Below are positions 19,009-28,904 of a stretch of 64,000 nucleotides of DNA, piece by piece (positions within the stretch are counted from its first letter, which is position 1; every line of letters starts with the position of its first letter). A model generated the notes under the pieces. It was not told where the DNA came from. It saw only the letters and a list, made by a program, of their open reading frames with translations, and did not search any database. The stretch covers positions 3,136 to 67,135 of the forward strand of contig JAIMKT010000011.1 in NCBI GenBank assembly GCA_020692245.1, given 5' to 3'. The translations under genes were made by a program, and so were the position numbers. The DNA comes from Microcoleus sp. GA_180221_E-2-1-MAG-45_12 (lineage in GTDB: Bacteria > Cyanobacteriota > Cyanobacteriia > Cyanobacteriales > JAAUUE01).

Positions 19009-21384
19009 ATGAGTCAGTGGGAATTTTTACTCCAGCAGGAGGGTAAGGAAGATTGGCAACCCTTGGGGGCGCAGGTCACTACAGGTAAGTATCGCCTCCT
19101 CTGCCGTTCTCCTTGGCAAGATCAGGAAGTTCCTATTACTATTACCTACACCGCCGACACTGGAAAACAACGCCAACAAAGGCGATCGCCCCGGCTCAAT
19201 AGTCAGGGATTAATGGTGATCATGCCCTTTACTTCCCTCCCACCGGGGATTTGGCAATGGCAGGTTTTCCATCCTGAAGATGCAACTACACCAGTAACTA
19301 CGGTTTGTCTTCAAGTGACTGCTCCTGTTGCTGAACCTGTTCCCTCTGTAGCCAAAGAAACCTCTCCAGAACTTGCCGCCCCTCAGCAATTAGAAACTCC
19401 CCTCCCCCAGACTCAGAAACCAGTCCAGAAGCCAATCTCCACTTCAGTTCCAGAAACTGGAATTTCTCAACCTTCTAGCAATCCTGAGAAGAATTTAGAT
19501 AAAAATCCAGATAAACCTGCAACTATCCCCCCCCATCGTCCGTTAATTTCCATTGATGCTCTGCGGGAACAATCTTTAGCAGAAATTGATAGTGTGTTGC
19601 AGGAGGCGATCGACGGCGTGTGGGATTTAGTCCAGACTCCAGCATCTAACGAATTTTTTAGTCCTGATTTTAGTTCTAAGGAAGATTACATTCTTTTGGA
19701 TTATGACCCCCTAGATGATGAGGTGGCTTATCTTTCAGAAATCAACCCAGATTTAGAAATTGGTGCTGGTAATTATCAAGGGGATTATCTAGAAAATTAT
19801 CCAGTTATTCCCCAGTTGATCCCTCAATCAATCCCTCAATCAATCCCCCAATCGATCGGGGACTTTGCCCTCAATAACCAAACAGCCAACGCCCCGGTGA
19901 TTAGTTTCCGCCTCGATCGAGACCATTTTATGGCACAACAGGGGGAATACCTAACCATTACAGGCAGGGTAGAAATAGCTCTGGGAGCTTTGCTCAGTGG
20001 TGAAGAATTGCCTGCGGAATTACGGGATACCTTCCTGCAAGGCAGTGTCCATTATCAACTGAGGGATCCCGATAGCTCTAGTATTTTGATCAATACCGAT
20101 TATCCTTTACAGGTCAAAGTCCCCCTGGGTGAATTCTCCCACACCTTAAAAATTCCCTTCAAAACTAATTCCCATTTACTCCTAGGGGAAGCGACCCTCT
20201 ACGGCAAAGAGCAGCAAGTCCTTGGCAGTAAGTCTTTTATTGTGAGTGCCAACCTCGATCGCCTCCTGCAAACGGTGCAAGATACCCCAGAGGATTTACC
20301 CCTACCCGTGCCTTCCCCCAGTAAGAGGCAAAATCAACCCGTTCTGCCCTACCAACCCAAGTTAAATGTTGATCTCAAGGCTCGGAACGCTTTCCCCAAG
20401 CCCCTGAATAGTTCTTACAATGCCAAAGGCAGAATCAAATCTCTGCACTTACCAGATTTTTCTGGGAAAACAGCGTCAAATCTAGAGGGTAATCTTGATC
20501 CTCTCGCAACTCCAGAGCAGAAACCAAATCAGACTCCTGATCGATCGAGTGTTTTGGATAACTTTACGGCGACAACTGCTAATTTTGGGCAGGAATCCCA
20601 GATCAATAACCAGATCAATAACCAGTCTGGCAAGTCGATCGAGTCCTCTACAACTCCAGAATCCCTAGAAACTCCTGAAACCATAGAATCTCTGACGATT
20701 CCCACCACCCCAGAATCCCTAGAAACCCCAGAAGCGGGGCTGAGTGAGGGTAACTTTTTGTCTCGTTTGAATACGCTGGCGATCGACAAGCACATGGCGG
20801 AAATTCTTCACACCGAGTTACTTCTTGATCAGGCGGCTCCGGGAGCGAGCGATCGACAACTCCTACCCCCGGCGAGTGATTCAGACTGGCGAGTTTTAGA
20901 AGTAGTGGTGGATGACGAACCCCCAGAACCAGAACCGGAACCAAGGTTTGATGCCTCTGGATTTCCCTATCCCCAAAAGTTAGCGACTACCCAGACCCCA
21001 GACCAAACTCTCCGCCCAGTCCCCACTCCAGAAATTATTGCTCCGGCGGGAGAATTGTTAATCGGTGAATCCGTAACCGTGACGGTGAAACTTCCGGCTC
21101 AACAGTTTTCTTTGTATGCAAAATTTTGGGTTAAGGATTGTCAAACTACCGCCATCATTGACGGGCCCCGCCTGTTGTTGGATTTCTCTCCCAATGGTCA
21201 AGGAGAATTGGAAACCCTAACCCGCTTAACGGTTCCCCCCGGTTGTTGTCGAGTCCGGCTAGAGGCGATCGCTATTGACCCACTCCAAGAAAGGGAAAGC
21301 CGCAAAGTCTCCATCGATCGAGTCGTAGTTCCCCCGGATACCCCTGATCTCTCGGCGACGGGGCTTAGTTATCTTGCCAGTTAA
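19009..21384 (+). CDS. hypothetical Pro/Gln/Ser-rich protein (791 aa) with several short tandem repeats
   Basis: This is a long uninterrupted ORF with a GGAGGA RBS-like sequence upstream. It contains low-complexity repeats (IPQS x3, QINN x2, TPESLETPE x2). I recognise no domain. Confidence 0.6.
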   Translation: MSQWEFLLQQEGKEDWQPLGAQVTTGKYRLLCRSPWQDQEVPITITYTADTGKQRQQRRSPRLNSQGLMVIMPFTSLPPGIWQWQVFHPEDATTPVTTVCLQVTAPVAEPVPSVAKETSPELAAPQQLETPLPQTQKPVQKPISTSVPETGISQPSSNPEKNLDKNPDKPATIPPHRPLISIDALREQSLAEIDSVLQEAIDGVWDLVQTPASNEFFSPDFSSKEDYILLDYDPLDDEVAYLSEINPDLEIGAGNYQGDYLENYPVIPQLIPQSIPQSIPQSIGDFALNNQTANAPVISFRLDRDHFMAQQGEYLTITGRVEIALGALLSGEELPAELRDTFLQGSVHYQLRDPDSSSILINTDYPLQVKVPLGEFSHTLKIPFKTNSHLLLGEATLYGKEQQVLGSKSFIVSANLDRLLQTVQDTPEDLPLPVPSPSKRQNQPVLPYQPKLNVDLKARNAFPKPLNSSYNAKGRIKSLHLPDFSGKTASNLEGNLDPLATPEQKPNQTPDRSSVLDNFTATTANFGQESQINNQINNQSGKSIESSTTPESLETPETIESLTIPTTPESLETPEAGLSEGNFLSRLNTLAIDKHMAEILHTELLLDQAAPGASDRQLLPPASDSDWRVLEVVVDDEPPEPEPEPRFDASGFPYPQKLATTQTPDQTLRPVPTPEIIAPAGELLIGESVTVTVKLPAQQFSLYAKFWVKDCQTTAIIDGPRLLLDFSPNGQGELETLTRLTVPPGCCRVRLEAIAIDPLQERESRKVSIDRVVVPPDTPDLSATGLSYLAS

Positions 21385-21426
21385 TTTTGTTAGGTAATCT
21401 TAGTAATTCTAGGTAATATCGCTTCT

Positions 21427-22548
21427 ATGCCTAATTCCCATTCTCGTAGGCAATTTCCCCGCAGACAATTTCTCGGAGGAGTTGGGGTTGCTGCTGGGGC
21501 GATCACTCTAAATGCTACCCAGAATCCTGCCTTGTCTGCCCCTGATTCCCTCCCTGTGATCAAGCCCCCATCTCTGCAACCGGGAGACACGATCGCCCTC
21601 ATTGCCCCCGCCGCCTACTCAGAACCAGAGGAGATCATCACCGCCCGCCAAAATATGGAGCGCTACGGGTTTCGGGTTGTACTGGGGAAGAATCTTGCTG
21701 CTCAGTATGGATATCTGGCTGGGACTGACGAGCAGAGAGCCAGTGATGTGAATGAGATGTTTGCTCGATCGGACATCAAAGGGATTGCAACTTTTATGGG
21801 TGGTTTTGGCTGCAATCGCATTCTGCCCTTACTAGATTATGAGTTGATTAAAAATAATCCCAAGGTCATTATTGGACATAGTGATATTACGGCGTTACTC
21901 TTAGGAATTCATAACAAAACTGGGTTAATTACTTTCCACGGTTCCAGTGGTTTAACGGGGATCGGGGATTATGCGATTTCCCATTTTCAACGGGCGATTA
22001 TGGCGACTAATCCCATTGGTGAAGTGGCTCGACCTTTGGAATCTTTGGCGAAACGAGGGCATCCCCTGACTACCTTTGTTCCCGGTGTGGCAACGGGGCA
22101 GTTAATTGGGGGCAATTTATCTCTAGTTACGAGTTTAATTGGGACAGAATTTGATACTGATACTACCGGGAAGATTCTCTTTCTAGAAGATATTGGGGAA
22201 ATTCCGTGGCGGGTCGATCGAATGTTAACCCAATTAGCAATTACTGGAAAACTCCAAGCAGCAGCCGGATTTGCGATCGGCCCCTTCATTAGTTGCTTCC
22301 CCGAAACCTGCACCCCCAACCCAAATCCTAGTCCGGCGAATCCCGGCGAGTGCATCAAAGCCGATTCCTACCGTTCTTTCACCGTGGAGCAAGTCCTCCG
22401 CCAACACCTAGAACCCCTGGGCAAACCCACGGTTTATAATTTCAGCTTCGGTCATGTAGAAGAAAATGCTGTCATCCCCCTAGGAGCTGTGGCTACGATC
22501 GATGCCACTAACCAGAAATTAATCATCAATGAAAGTGCCGTGGTCTAA
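21427..22548 (+). CDS. LD-carboxypeptidase (peptidase S66) with twin-arginine signal peptide
   Basis: The N-terminus RRQFPRRQFLGGVGVAAGAITL looks like a Tat signal. The S66 core has the GHSDITALL nucleophile elbow. Confidence 0.75.
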   Translation: MPNSHSRRQFPRRQFLGGVGVAAGAITLNATQNPALSAPDSLPVIKPPSLQPGDTIALIAPAAYSEPEEIITARQNMERYGFRVVLGKNLAAQYGYLAGTDEQRASDVNEMFARSDIKGIATFMGGFGCNRILPLLDYELIKNNPKVIIGHSDITALLLGIHNKTGLITFHGSSGLTGIGDYAISHFQRAIMATNPIGEVARPLESLAKRGHPLTTFVPGVATGQLIGGNLSLVTSLIGTEFDTDTTGKILFLEDIGEIPWRVDRMLTQLAITGKLQAAAGFAIGPFISCFPETCTPNPNPSPANPGECIKADSYRSFTVEQVLRQHLEPLGKPTVYNFSFGHVEENAVIPLGAVATIDATNQKLIINESAVV

Positions 22549-22576
22549 ACTAGCAGAGAGGGTGAAAAATAGTATT

Positions 22577-23521
22577 ATGGATATCACCGTCGCTATTCCC
22601 ACCTACAACGGTGCTGCTAGATTGCCAGAGGTTTTGCAGCAACTCCAGAGACAGGTAAATACTGAGAGTATTGCTTGGGAAATCCTTGTGGTTGATAACA
22701 ATAGTAGCGACAATTTGCAAGCAGTAATTAGCCACTATCAAACCCTCCTGCCCCGGCTGCGGTATTGCCAAGAATTGAGACAAGGAGCAGGATTTGCTCG
22801 CCATCGGGCTTTTAGGGAAGCTCAGGGGGAACTGGTGGCTTTTTTGGATGATGATACTATTCCCGATCGACACTGGGTGAGAGCCGTGGCAGATTTTACC
22901 CAAACCCATCCCCAAGCCGGAGCCTACGGTAGCCAAATTCACGCTGATTATGCTGTCCCTCCGCCGCCCAATTTTGCCCGCATTGCCCCATTTCTAGCAA
23001 TCACGGAACGGGGATCAATACCCCTACTATACAAAAAAAATAGTCGCCTTCTACCTCCCTCTGCTGGTTTGGTGGTTAAAAAAGCCGTTTGGCAGCAATA
23101 TATTCCCGCCGAGATGATCCTAAGTGGCAGAGTTGAGGGAAATATGCTGACTAGTGAAGATTTGGAAATGTTGAGCTATATTCAAGGCAGCCCTTGGGAG
23201 ATTTGGTACAATCCAGCCATGGAAATTACTCATAAAATCCCGGCGGCTCGGTTGAGAAAAGAGTATTTAGTTCCCTTCCTGCGGGGGATTGGCTATAGTC
23301 GCTATGTCACGAGGACGATCGCCACCCACGGGATCAAAAAATATCTACTAACTCTCGCTTACATGGTGAATGATCTCAAAAAAATCCTGTTGCATCTCCT
23401 CAAACACCGAACTAAAGTAAAAACAGATCTAGTAGCCGCCTGTGAGCTAGAATTACTGATTAGTAGCTTAATTAGCCCATTTTTTCTCTGGCATAAGGGA
23501 TATTTGAAAGGTAAAAAATAA
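22577..23521 (+). CDS. family-2 glycosyltransferase (HpsE-like by recollection)
   Basis: MDITVAIPTYNGAARLPEVL...VVDNNSSD...FLDDD. I chose ATG 22577 because of the GAGGGTG sequence upstream; the track ORF starts at 22529 and overlaps the previous gene. It is a paralogue of the next gene. Confidence 0.75.
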   Translation: MDITVAIPTYNGAARLPEVLQQLQRQVNTESIAWEILVVDNNSSDNLQAVISHYQTLLPRLRYCQELRQGAGFARHRAFREAQGELVAFLDDDTIPDRHWVRAVADFTQTHPQAGAYGSQIHADYAVPPPPNFARIAPFLAITERGSIPLLYKKNSRLLPPSAGLVVKKAVWQQYIPAEMILSGRVEGNMLTSEDLEMLSYIQGSPWEIWYNPAMEITHKIPAARLRKEYLVPFLRGIGYSRYVTRTIATHGIKKYLLTLAYMVNDLKKILLHLLKHRTKVKTDLVAACELELLISSLISPFFLWHKGYLKGKK

Positions 23522-23572
23522 AAGGTAAAAGATAAAAAATATTAAAGATAAAAGGTAAGAATTTTAATAGCT

Positions 23573-24505
23573 ATGACTAAAGACTTTACTGTAGCCATTC
23601 CTACCTATAATGGTGCAGAACGTTTACCAAGAGTGCTAGATAAATTGCGATCGCAACTAGGGGCAGAATCTCTCAAATGGGAAATTATTGTGGTGGATAA
23701 TAACAGCACAGATCAAACGGCGGCAGTAGTCAAAAGCTATCAAGAAAATTGGGATTTACCCTCTGAGTTAACCTATATTTTAGAAACAAAACAAGGGGCA
23801 ACTTTTGCTAGATATCGAGCAGTTCAGATGGCTACTAGTGAATTAATTGGCTTTCTTGATGATGATAATTTACCTAGAGAAAATTGGGTAATTAGTGCCT
23901 ATAAAGCCGGGCTTAATTATCCAGAAGTCGGGGCTTTTAATGGCAAAATTCACGGAAAATTTACCACTCCACCCCCAGCTAATTTTGAAAGAATCCAGTC
24001 TTATATTGCAATCCGAGATCATGGGGAAATAGCCCACGCCTACGTTCCTGAAAGATTACATCTGCCCCCCGGTGCTGGCTTGGTTGTCCGGCAGCAAGCA
24101 TGGTTAGATAGCGTCCCCCACAATCCAAAGGTTTTGGGCAATACGGCGGGAAAAATGGCAAGGGGTGAAGATTACGAACCTCTTTTATATATGCACAATG
24201 CTGGCTGGAAAATTTGGTATGAACCTACTCTAGAAATAGAGCATGAAATTCCCCCGTGGCGCTTGACCAGAAAATATCTCATGAACCTATCTCAAAGTTG
24301 TGGTTTAGCCACCTACAATTTGGCTGTTATTACCGTTCCGCCAAAGGAAAAACCTGTACTTTTCTTGAGGACTATCTATGGTAATCTGAAACGGATTGTC
24401 AAGCATTTATTGCGCTATTACTTGCCAGGGAAAAGAGATTTAGTTAGCGATTGTGAATTGATATTTCTCTGGGGTTGTATGGTTAGTCCATTTTATCGAT
24501 TTTAG
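23573..24505 (+). CDS. family-2 glycosyltransferase (HpsE-like by recollection)
   Basis: FTVAIPTYNGAERLPRVL...VVDNNSTD...FLDDD. It is a tandem paralogue of 22577-23521. Confidence 0.8.
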   Translation: MTKDFTVAIPTYNGAERLPRVLDKLRSQLGAESLKWEIIVVDNNSTDQTAAVVKSYQENWDLPSELTYILETKQGATFARYRAVQMATSELIGFLDDDNLPRENWVISAYKAGLNYPEVGAFNGKIHGKFTTPPPANFERIQSYIAIRDHGEIAHAYVPERLHLPPGAGLVVRQQAWLDSVPHNPKVLGNTAGKMARGEDYEPLLYMHNAGWKIWYEPTLEIEHEIPPWRLTRKYLMNLSQSCGLATYNLAVITVPPKEKPVLFLRTIYGNLKRIVKHLLRYYLPGKRDLVSDCELIFLWGCMVSPFYRF

Positions 24506-24548
24506 TTGTTTGTAGGTGATTTTATAAATGTTTTTACTTGAAATATCA

Positions 24549-24565
24549 GGTGGGCAATGCCCACC
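24549..24565. repeat. GGTGGGCA-A-TGCCCACC palindrome (REP-like)
   Basis: A 17-nt palindrome with 8-nt arms lies between two glycosyltransferase-cluster genes. It falls inside the 5' extension of track ORF 24538, which is one reason I prefer the later ATG. Confidence 0.4.
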
Positions 24566-24603
24566 CTACACAGCTTTATAATATTTTTCCATCCGGCTTT
24601 ACT

Positions 24604-25803
24604 ATGAGCTTAACTTCATCTCCTTTATCTTCAGCGATCGACCTCAAGAAACAACTAGAAAATTCCCTTGCTCAACTGGGAGAAATTAACGAATGTGTCT
24701 TATTAAACTATCCAGACTATGCCAACGTAGGTGATCATTTAATTGGTTTAGGGACAATTATTTATTTACTCAAAAATCCCCAGATCAAACTCACCTATTT
24801 ATCAGCGATCGAGAATCATAATTCAGCAATATTAGATCAAAAATTAAGCAATAATTCCGGGAATACAACTATTCTTTTACAAGGTGGCGGCAATCTAGGC
24901 GATTTGTGGTACGAACAGCAGACATTTCGAGAAGAAATCATCCAAAAATATTCCCAGCATCGGATTATTATTCTGCCCCAAACAATTCATTTTCAAGACC
25001 CGGAAAAACTCCAACAAGCTGCCCAGATTTTTAATCATCATCCCAATTTGACTATCTGTGTGCGCGATCGTCATAGCCAACAATTAGCCAGAACTTATTT
25101 TTCTAACTGTCAAATTATCCTCACTCCAGACATGGCCTTTATGTTAGCTGATCTGCCGGGTTTAAAGTTTTTTAGAGCTAACTGGCAACAAAATCAAATT
25201 CTTTACCACTGTCGAGATGATCAAGAAATAGTTAGTAGCTTAAATTCTCAAGTCTTAGAATTATTTGATTCTGTATCTAATCCCTCAATTAATCCCCTAT
25301 CTAACCAACTCCCAAAATTAGTAATCGAAGATTGGCTACCACCAGATAAATATTTGCATCGATCGCATATTACCCCAGAGTCTGCTTGGTATTGGCGTTT
25401 ACCGGGGGCGGTGCGAATTTATCGAGAGGTTTGGCAGCAGCGATTAGCTCAATCTATGAGTTGGATATCTAGGGGATTTTGGGATCATGATCATCCTTAT
25501 AGTGTTATGTTTACAAATTTATCAGCCACCGTAGAAAATACAGAAATGCTGAAGATTTCATGGGATTATTTGCATCGATCGATTTATCAGCTTAACCGCT
25601 TTCCCTTTGTAATTACTAACCGTTTGCATGGACACATTCTCTGTACGTTACTAGAAATTCCCCATATTTTTCTACCCAATTCTTACGGCAAAAATCAAAA
25701 TTGGTACACAACTTGGACTCAATCAATTCCCTTTTGTCGGTATGTTGATGATTCTTCAGCAATTATCCCCACAATTAAAGAACTATGCCCCAAATTTCGA
25801 TAA
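24604..25803 (+). CDS. polysaccharide pyruvyl transferase family protein
   Basis: NYPDYANVGDHLIGLG near the N-terminus and the overall length fit the pyruvyl-transferase family. The start is set at ATG 24604 (MSLTSS...); the track ORF begins at TTG 24538. Confidence 0.65.
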   Translation: MSLTSSPLSSAIDLKKQLENSLAQLGEINECVLLNYPDYANVGDHLIGLGTIIYLLKNPQIKLTYLSAIENHNSAILDQKLSNNSGNTTILLQGGGNLGDLWYEQQTFREEIIQKYSQHRIIILPQTIHFQDPEKLQQAAQIFNHHPNLTICVRDRHSQQLARTYFSNCQIILTPDMAFMLADLPGLKFFRANWQQNQILYHCRDDQEIVSSLNSQVLELFDSVSNPSINPLSNQLPKLVIEDWLPPDKYLHRSHITPESAWYWRLPGAVRIYREVWQQRLAQSMSWISRGFWDHDHPYSVMFTNLSATVENTEMLKISWDYLHRSIYQLNRFPFVITNRLHGHILCTLLEIPHIFLPNSYGKNQNWYTTWTQSIPFCRYVDDSSAIIPTIKELCPKFR

Positions 25804-26792
25804 TTATTCCTGCCTACAATAGCGAGAAAACTATTCGAGAGACGATCGATTCAGTTTTGGCTCAGACTTTTAGGGATTTAGAAATAATTGTGATTAATGA
25901 CGGGTCAAGCGATCATACAGTAGAAGTTGTCCAACAAATTCTTGATTCTAGAATTAGCCTCTATTCTTATCCTAATGGTGGCCCTGCAACTAGTCGCAAC
26001 CGAGGAATTATGAGATCCCACGGAGCTTATTTATCCTTTATTGATGCGGATGATCTGTGGACACCAGATAAGTTAGAAATTCAACATCAAGCCCTAGTGA
26101 ATAACCCCCAAGCTGCTGTGGCTTACAGTGGGACAGATTGGATTGATGAACAGGGAAACTTTCTCCGCCATGCTTCGGCTCCGGGGCCCAGTGGAAATGT
26201 CTATGCCCAATCTCTGCTCTACCATTTATTTGGCTCAGGATCAAATTTTCTTGTCCGTCGGGAAGCTCTGTTTGCACTCCAAGAATCTGATCAGGATACT
26301 AATAGTTTTTTTGATGAATTTACTAAGCCTTCGGAAGATTGGGACATTTGCATTCGTTTGGCTAAGAAATATCAATTTATTGCCATTTCCCAAGTACAAA
26401 TTCTCTACCGTCGATCGCTCAACTCCCTCTCTAGTCAACTTACCCAACAAGAGCGGGGAACTACCAGAACCCTAAAAAAAGCCTTCGATCGCGCCCCGGC
26501 TGATTTACAATACCTAAAGCGACCTAGCTTGACGAATATTTACCGCTATATTACCTACAAATCCCTCGAAGGTATTCCCAGTCATCGTCGTGGTTGGCAG
26601 GGCTTAAAGGTATTAATCCAAATGTTAGTGTATGACATTGCTCCTCTCAAACAAAAAGTCACATGGAAAATTCTTGCAAGGCTTCTCATGATGCTTTTGC
26701 TTCCTCGTAAATTACAGTTATTAATTCTCAGTAAATTTCCAGCATTATTAAAAATAGAACATTTTCTTAGTTATACGAATATTCATATCTAA
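25785..26792 (+). CDS. family-2 glycosyltransferase
   Basis: ISIIIPAYNSEKTIRETIDSVLAQTF...INDGSSD...FIDADD. It overlaps the upstream gene by 19 nt. Confidence 0.85.
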   Translation: MPQISIIIPAYNSEKTIRETIDSVLAQTFRDLEIIVINDGSSDHTVEVVQQILDSRISLYSYPNGGPATSRNRGIMRSHGAYLSFIDADDLWTPDKLEIQHQALVNNPQAAVAYSGTDWIDEQGNFLRHASAPGPSGNVYAQSLLYHLFGSGSNFLVRREALFALQESDQDTNSFFDEFTKPSEDWDICIRLAKKYQFIAISQVQILYRRSLNSLSSQLTQQERGTTRTLKKAFDRAPADLQYLKRPSLTNIYRYITYKSLEGIPSHRRGWQGLKVLIQMLVYDIAPLKQKVTWKILARLLMMLLLPRKLQLLILSKFPALLKIEHFLSYTNIHI

Positions 26793-26795
26793 ATT

Positions 26796-27815
26796 ATGCC
26801 TAAAATTTCTGTAGTTATTCCTGTGTATAATGGCGAGAAAACTATTCAAGAAACTATAGAATCAGTTTTAACTCAGACCTTTACTGATTTTGAGTTAATT
26901 ATTATTGATGATGGTTCTAGCGATCGCACCGTCGAAATTATCGAAGAAATTATTAAGAAATCAATTAAAAAAAATCTAGACCAGCGCATTAGATTACATT
27001 CCTTTCCTAACAAAGGATTATCTGCAACTCGTAATCGAGGGATTCGTCGATCGAAGGGAGATTATATTGCCTTTATTGATGCTGATGATTTATGGACTCC
27101 AGACAAATTAGCTGCTCAATACCTCGCCTTACAAAATACACCAACGGCTGCTATTGCCTACAGTGGGACTAGTCGAATTGATGAACATAGCAAGACTTTG
27201 TATAATATTCCCCTAACAAATTTAAGGGGTAATCTCTACAATTATTTATTACTACGAGATATTGTGGGTTCTGGTTCTAATCCTTTGATTGAGCGTCAAG
27301 CTCTATTAGATATGGGCGATTTTGATGAATCTTTGTGGGCTGCGGAAGATTGGGATATGTGGATCAAATTAAGCTCTAAGTATGAGTTCATTGATGTTCC
27401 TTTGCACCAAATTCTTTATCGGCAATCACCTCGGTCTATGTCCAGCCAAATCAGCCGCCAAGAACGGGAAACTCTCAAGGTAATTAATAATGCTTTTGTC
27501 AAAGCTCCTGCAAATCTTCAATACTTAAAACACTATAGTTTGATTAATGTCTATATTTGTTTGACTTTTAAGTGTCTCGAAGAATCCCCTAATCCACAAA
27601 AGGGTAAAAAAGGGCTAGAATTATTTATAAAGCTACTCATAAAATCCTTAACCTCTCATCCAGTTATTATTCGGCGACGCATTACTTGGAAAGTTTTTAT
27701 AAGATTGATAGTTGTGGCTATTTTTCCGCCGAAGTATGTAGTAAAGATTTTAAATAGATTGCCCCACTTGTATGATTTGAGTAGTTTTTTTGATAACATG
27801 ATTAACCACCCATAG
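26796..27815 (+). CDS. family-2 glycosyltransferase (tandem paralogue of the previous gene)
   Basis: ISVVIPVYNGEKTIQETIESVLTQTF...IDDGSSD...FIDADD. It starts 3 nt after the previous stop. Confidence 0.85.
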   Translation: MPKISVVIPVYNGEKTIQETIESVLTQTFTDFELIIIDDGSSDRTVEIIEEIIKKSIKKNLDQRIRLHSFPNKGLSATRNRGIRRSKGDYIAFIDADDLWTPDKLAAQYLALQNTPTAAIAYSGTSRIDEHSKTLYNIPLTNLRGNLYNYLLLRDIVGSGSNPLIERQALLDMGDFDESLWAAEDWDMWIKLSSKYEFIDVPLHQILYRQSPRSMSSQISRQERETLKVINNAFVKAPANLQYLKHYSLINVYICLTFKCLEESPNPQKGKKGLELFIKLLIKSLTSHPVIIRRRITWKVFIRLIVVAIFPPKYVVKILNRLPHLYDLSSFFDNMINHP

Positions 27816-27947
27816 TTTATATAATTTCTCACCTGCCAAAAGTTTTCTAGTCAATTAGAATGGTGATAGTTTATAAAATGATTATAAATAATTTTGGTTT
27901 CTTAGAAAATATTAATGCTATCCATGACTAGATACAAATAAATCCTC

Positions 27948-28862
27948 ATGATTAATCTATTACTTGTCTCCCACGGCAGCCGTGACCCTAGACCCCAACA
28001 GGCAGCTACAAGATTAGCTGACTTAATACAAACAAAACTATCTAATGCCACGATCGAGACGGCAGTTCTAGAGTTGGCAGAGCAGCCCCTACATCAACAA
28101 ATTATTAATTTTGCCCATAAATTACTTGATTCCAAGCTAGTTAATTCTCAAACTAATTCTCAAACTAACTTACAAGTAAACTCAAAAACTAATTCTCCTG
28201 CTAATTCTCTAGAAATATTAATTTTGCCTCTATTCCTCTTGCCCGGAGTGCATGTAATGGAGGATATTCCCCATGAAGTTAACTTGGCTCGATCGATCCT
28301 GAATCCAATCCCTAACCCAATTTCTAACCCGATCTCTAACAGCCCTATTACTCTACAAATACTGCCCCATTTGGGTAGTCACAGTGGCATGTTTGAGATT
28401 TTGACAGAGCAGCAAATGTTCACAAAAACGAGCAGGGAAATATCTATAGATACTAATAGTACTATCAATTCCACAAATTCCATTAATCCTCTAAATTCCC
28501 CTAATTCTTCAAACTTAGATTTAGTAGAGGTATGGATTCTCCTCGCCCACGGCAGTAAATACCATCATGCTCATCAACCGATTAAAACCCTAGCTCAACA
28601 AATTAATGCCATTCCAGCTTATTGGGCAGTTTCTCCTAGTCTAGAAACTCGTGTAGAAATGTTGGTAGCTCAAGGTTATAAAACTATTGGTATTCTGCCC
28701 TATTTTCTATTTCCCGGCGGGATTACTGATGCGATCACCAAACAAATTAATAACCTCCAGCAACAATTAACCGACGTGCAGTTTAAGTTAGCTTCCCCGC
28801 TCGGCGCAACAAATAATCTAAGTGATCTGATTTTAGATTTAATATCTACTAAGGTTGAGTAG
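27948..28862 (+). CDS. CbiX-type sirohydrochlorin chelatase (two-domain) with low-complexity inserts
   Basis: LLVSHGSRDPR is at the N-terminus and a second LLAHGS half follows, which is typical of CbiX/SirB. Inserts with NSQT and NPIS repeats are present. Confidence 0.65.
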   Translation: MINLLLVSHGSRDPRPQQAATRLADLIQTKLSNATIETAVLELAEQPLHQQIINFAHKLLDSKLVNSQTNSQTNLQVNSKTNSPANSLEILILPLFLLPGVHVMEDIPHEVNLARSILNPIPNPISNPISNSPITLQILPHLGSHSGMFEILTEQQMFTKTSREISIDTNSTINSTNSINPLNSPNSSNLDLVEVWILLAHGSKYHHAHQPIKTLAQQINAIPAYWAVSPSLETRVEMLVAQGYKTIGILPYFLFPGGITDAITKQINNLQQQLTDVQFKLASPLGATNNLSDLILDLISTKVE

Positions 28863-28904
28863 TTTACATATTTTTAGCTTTGTCTTCTAAACCCTCCCAA
28901 CTAT

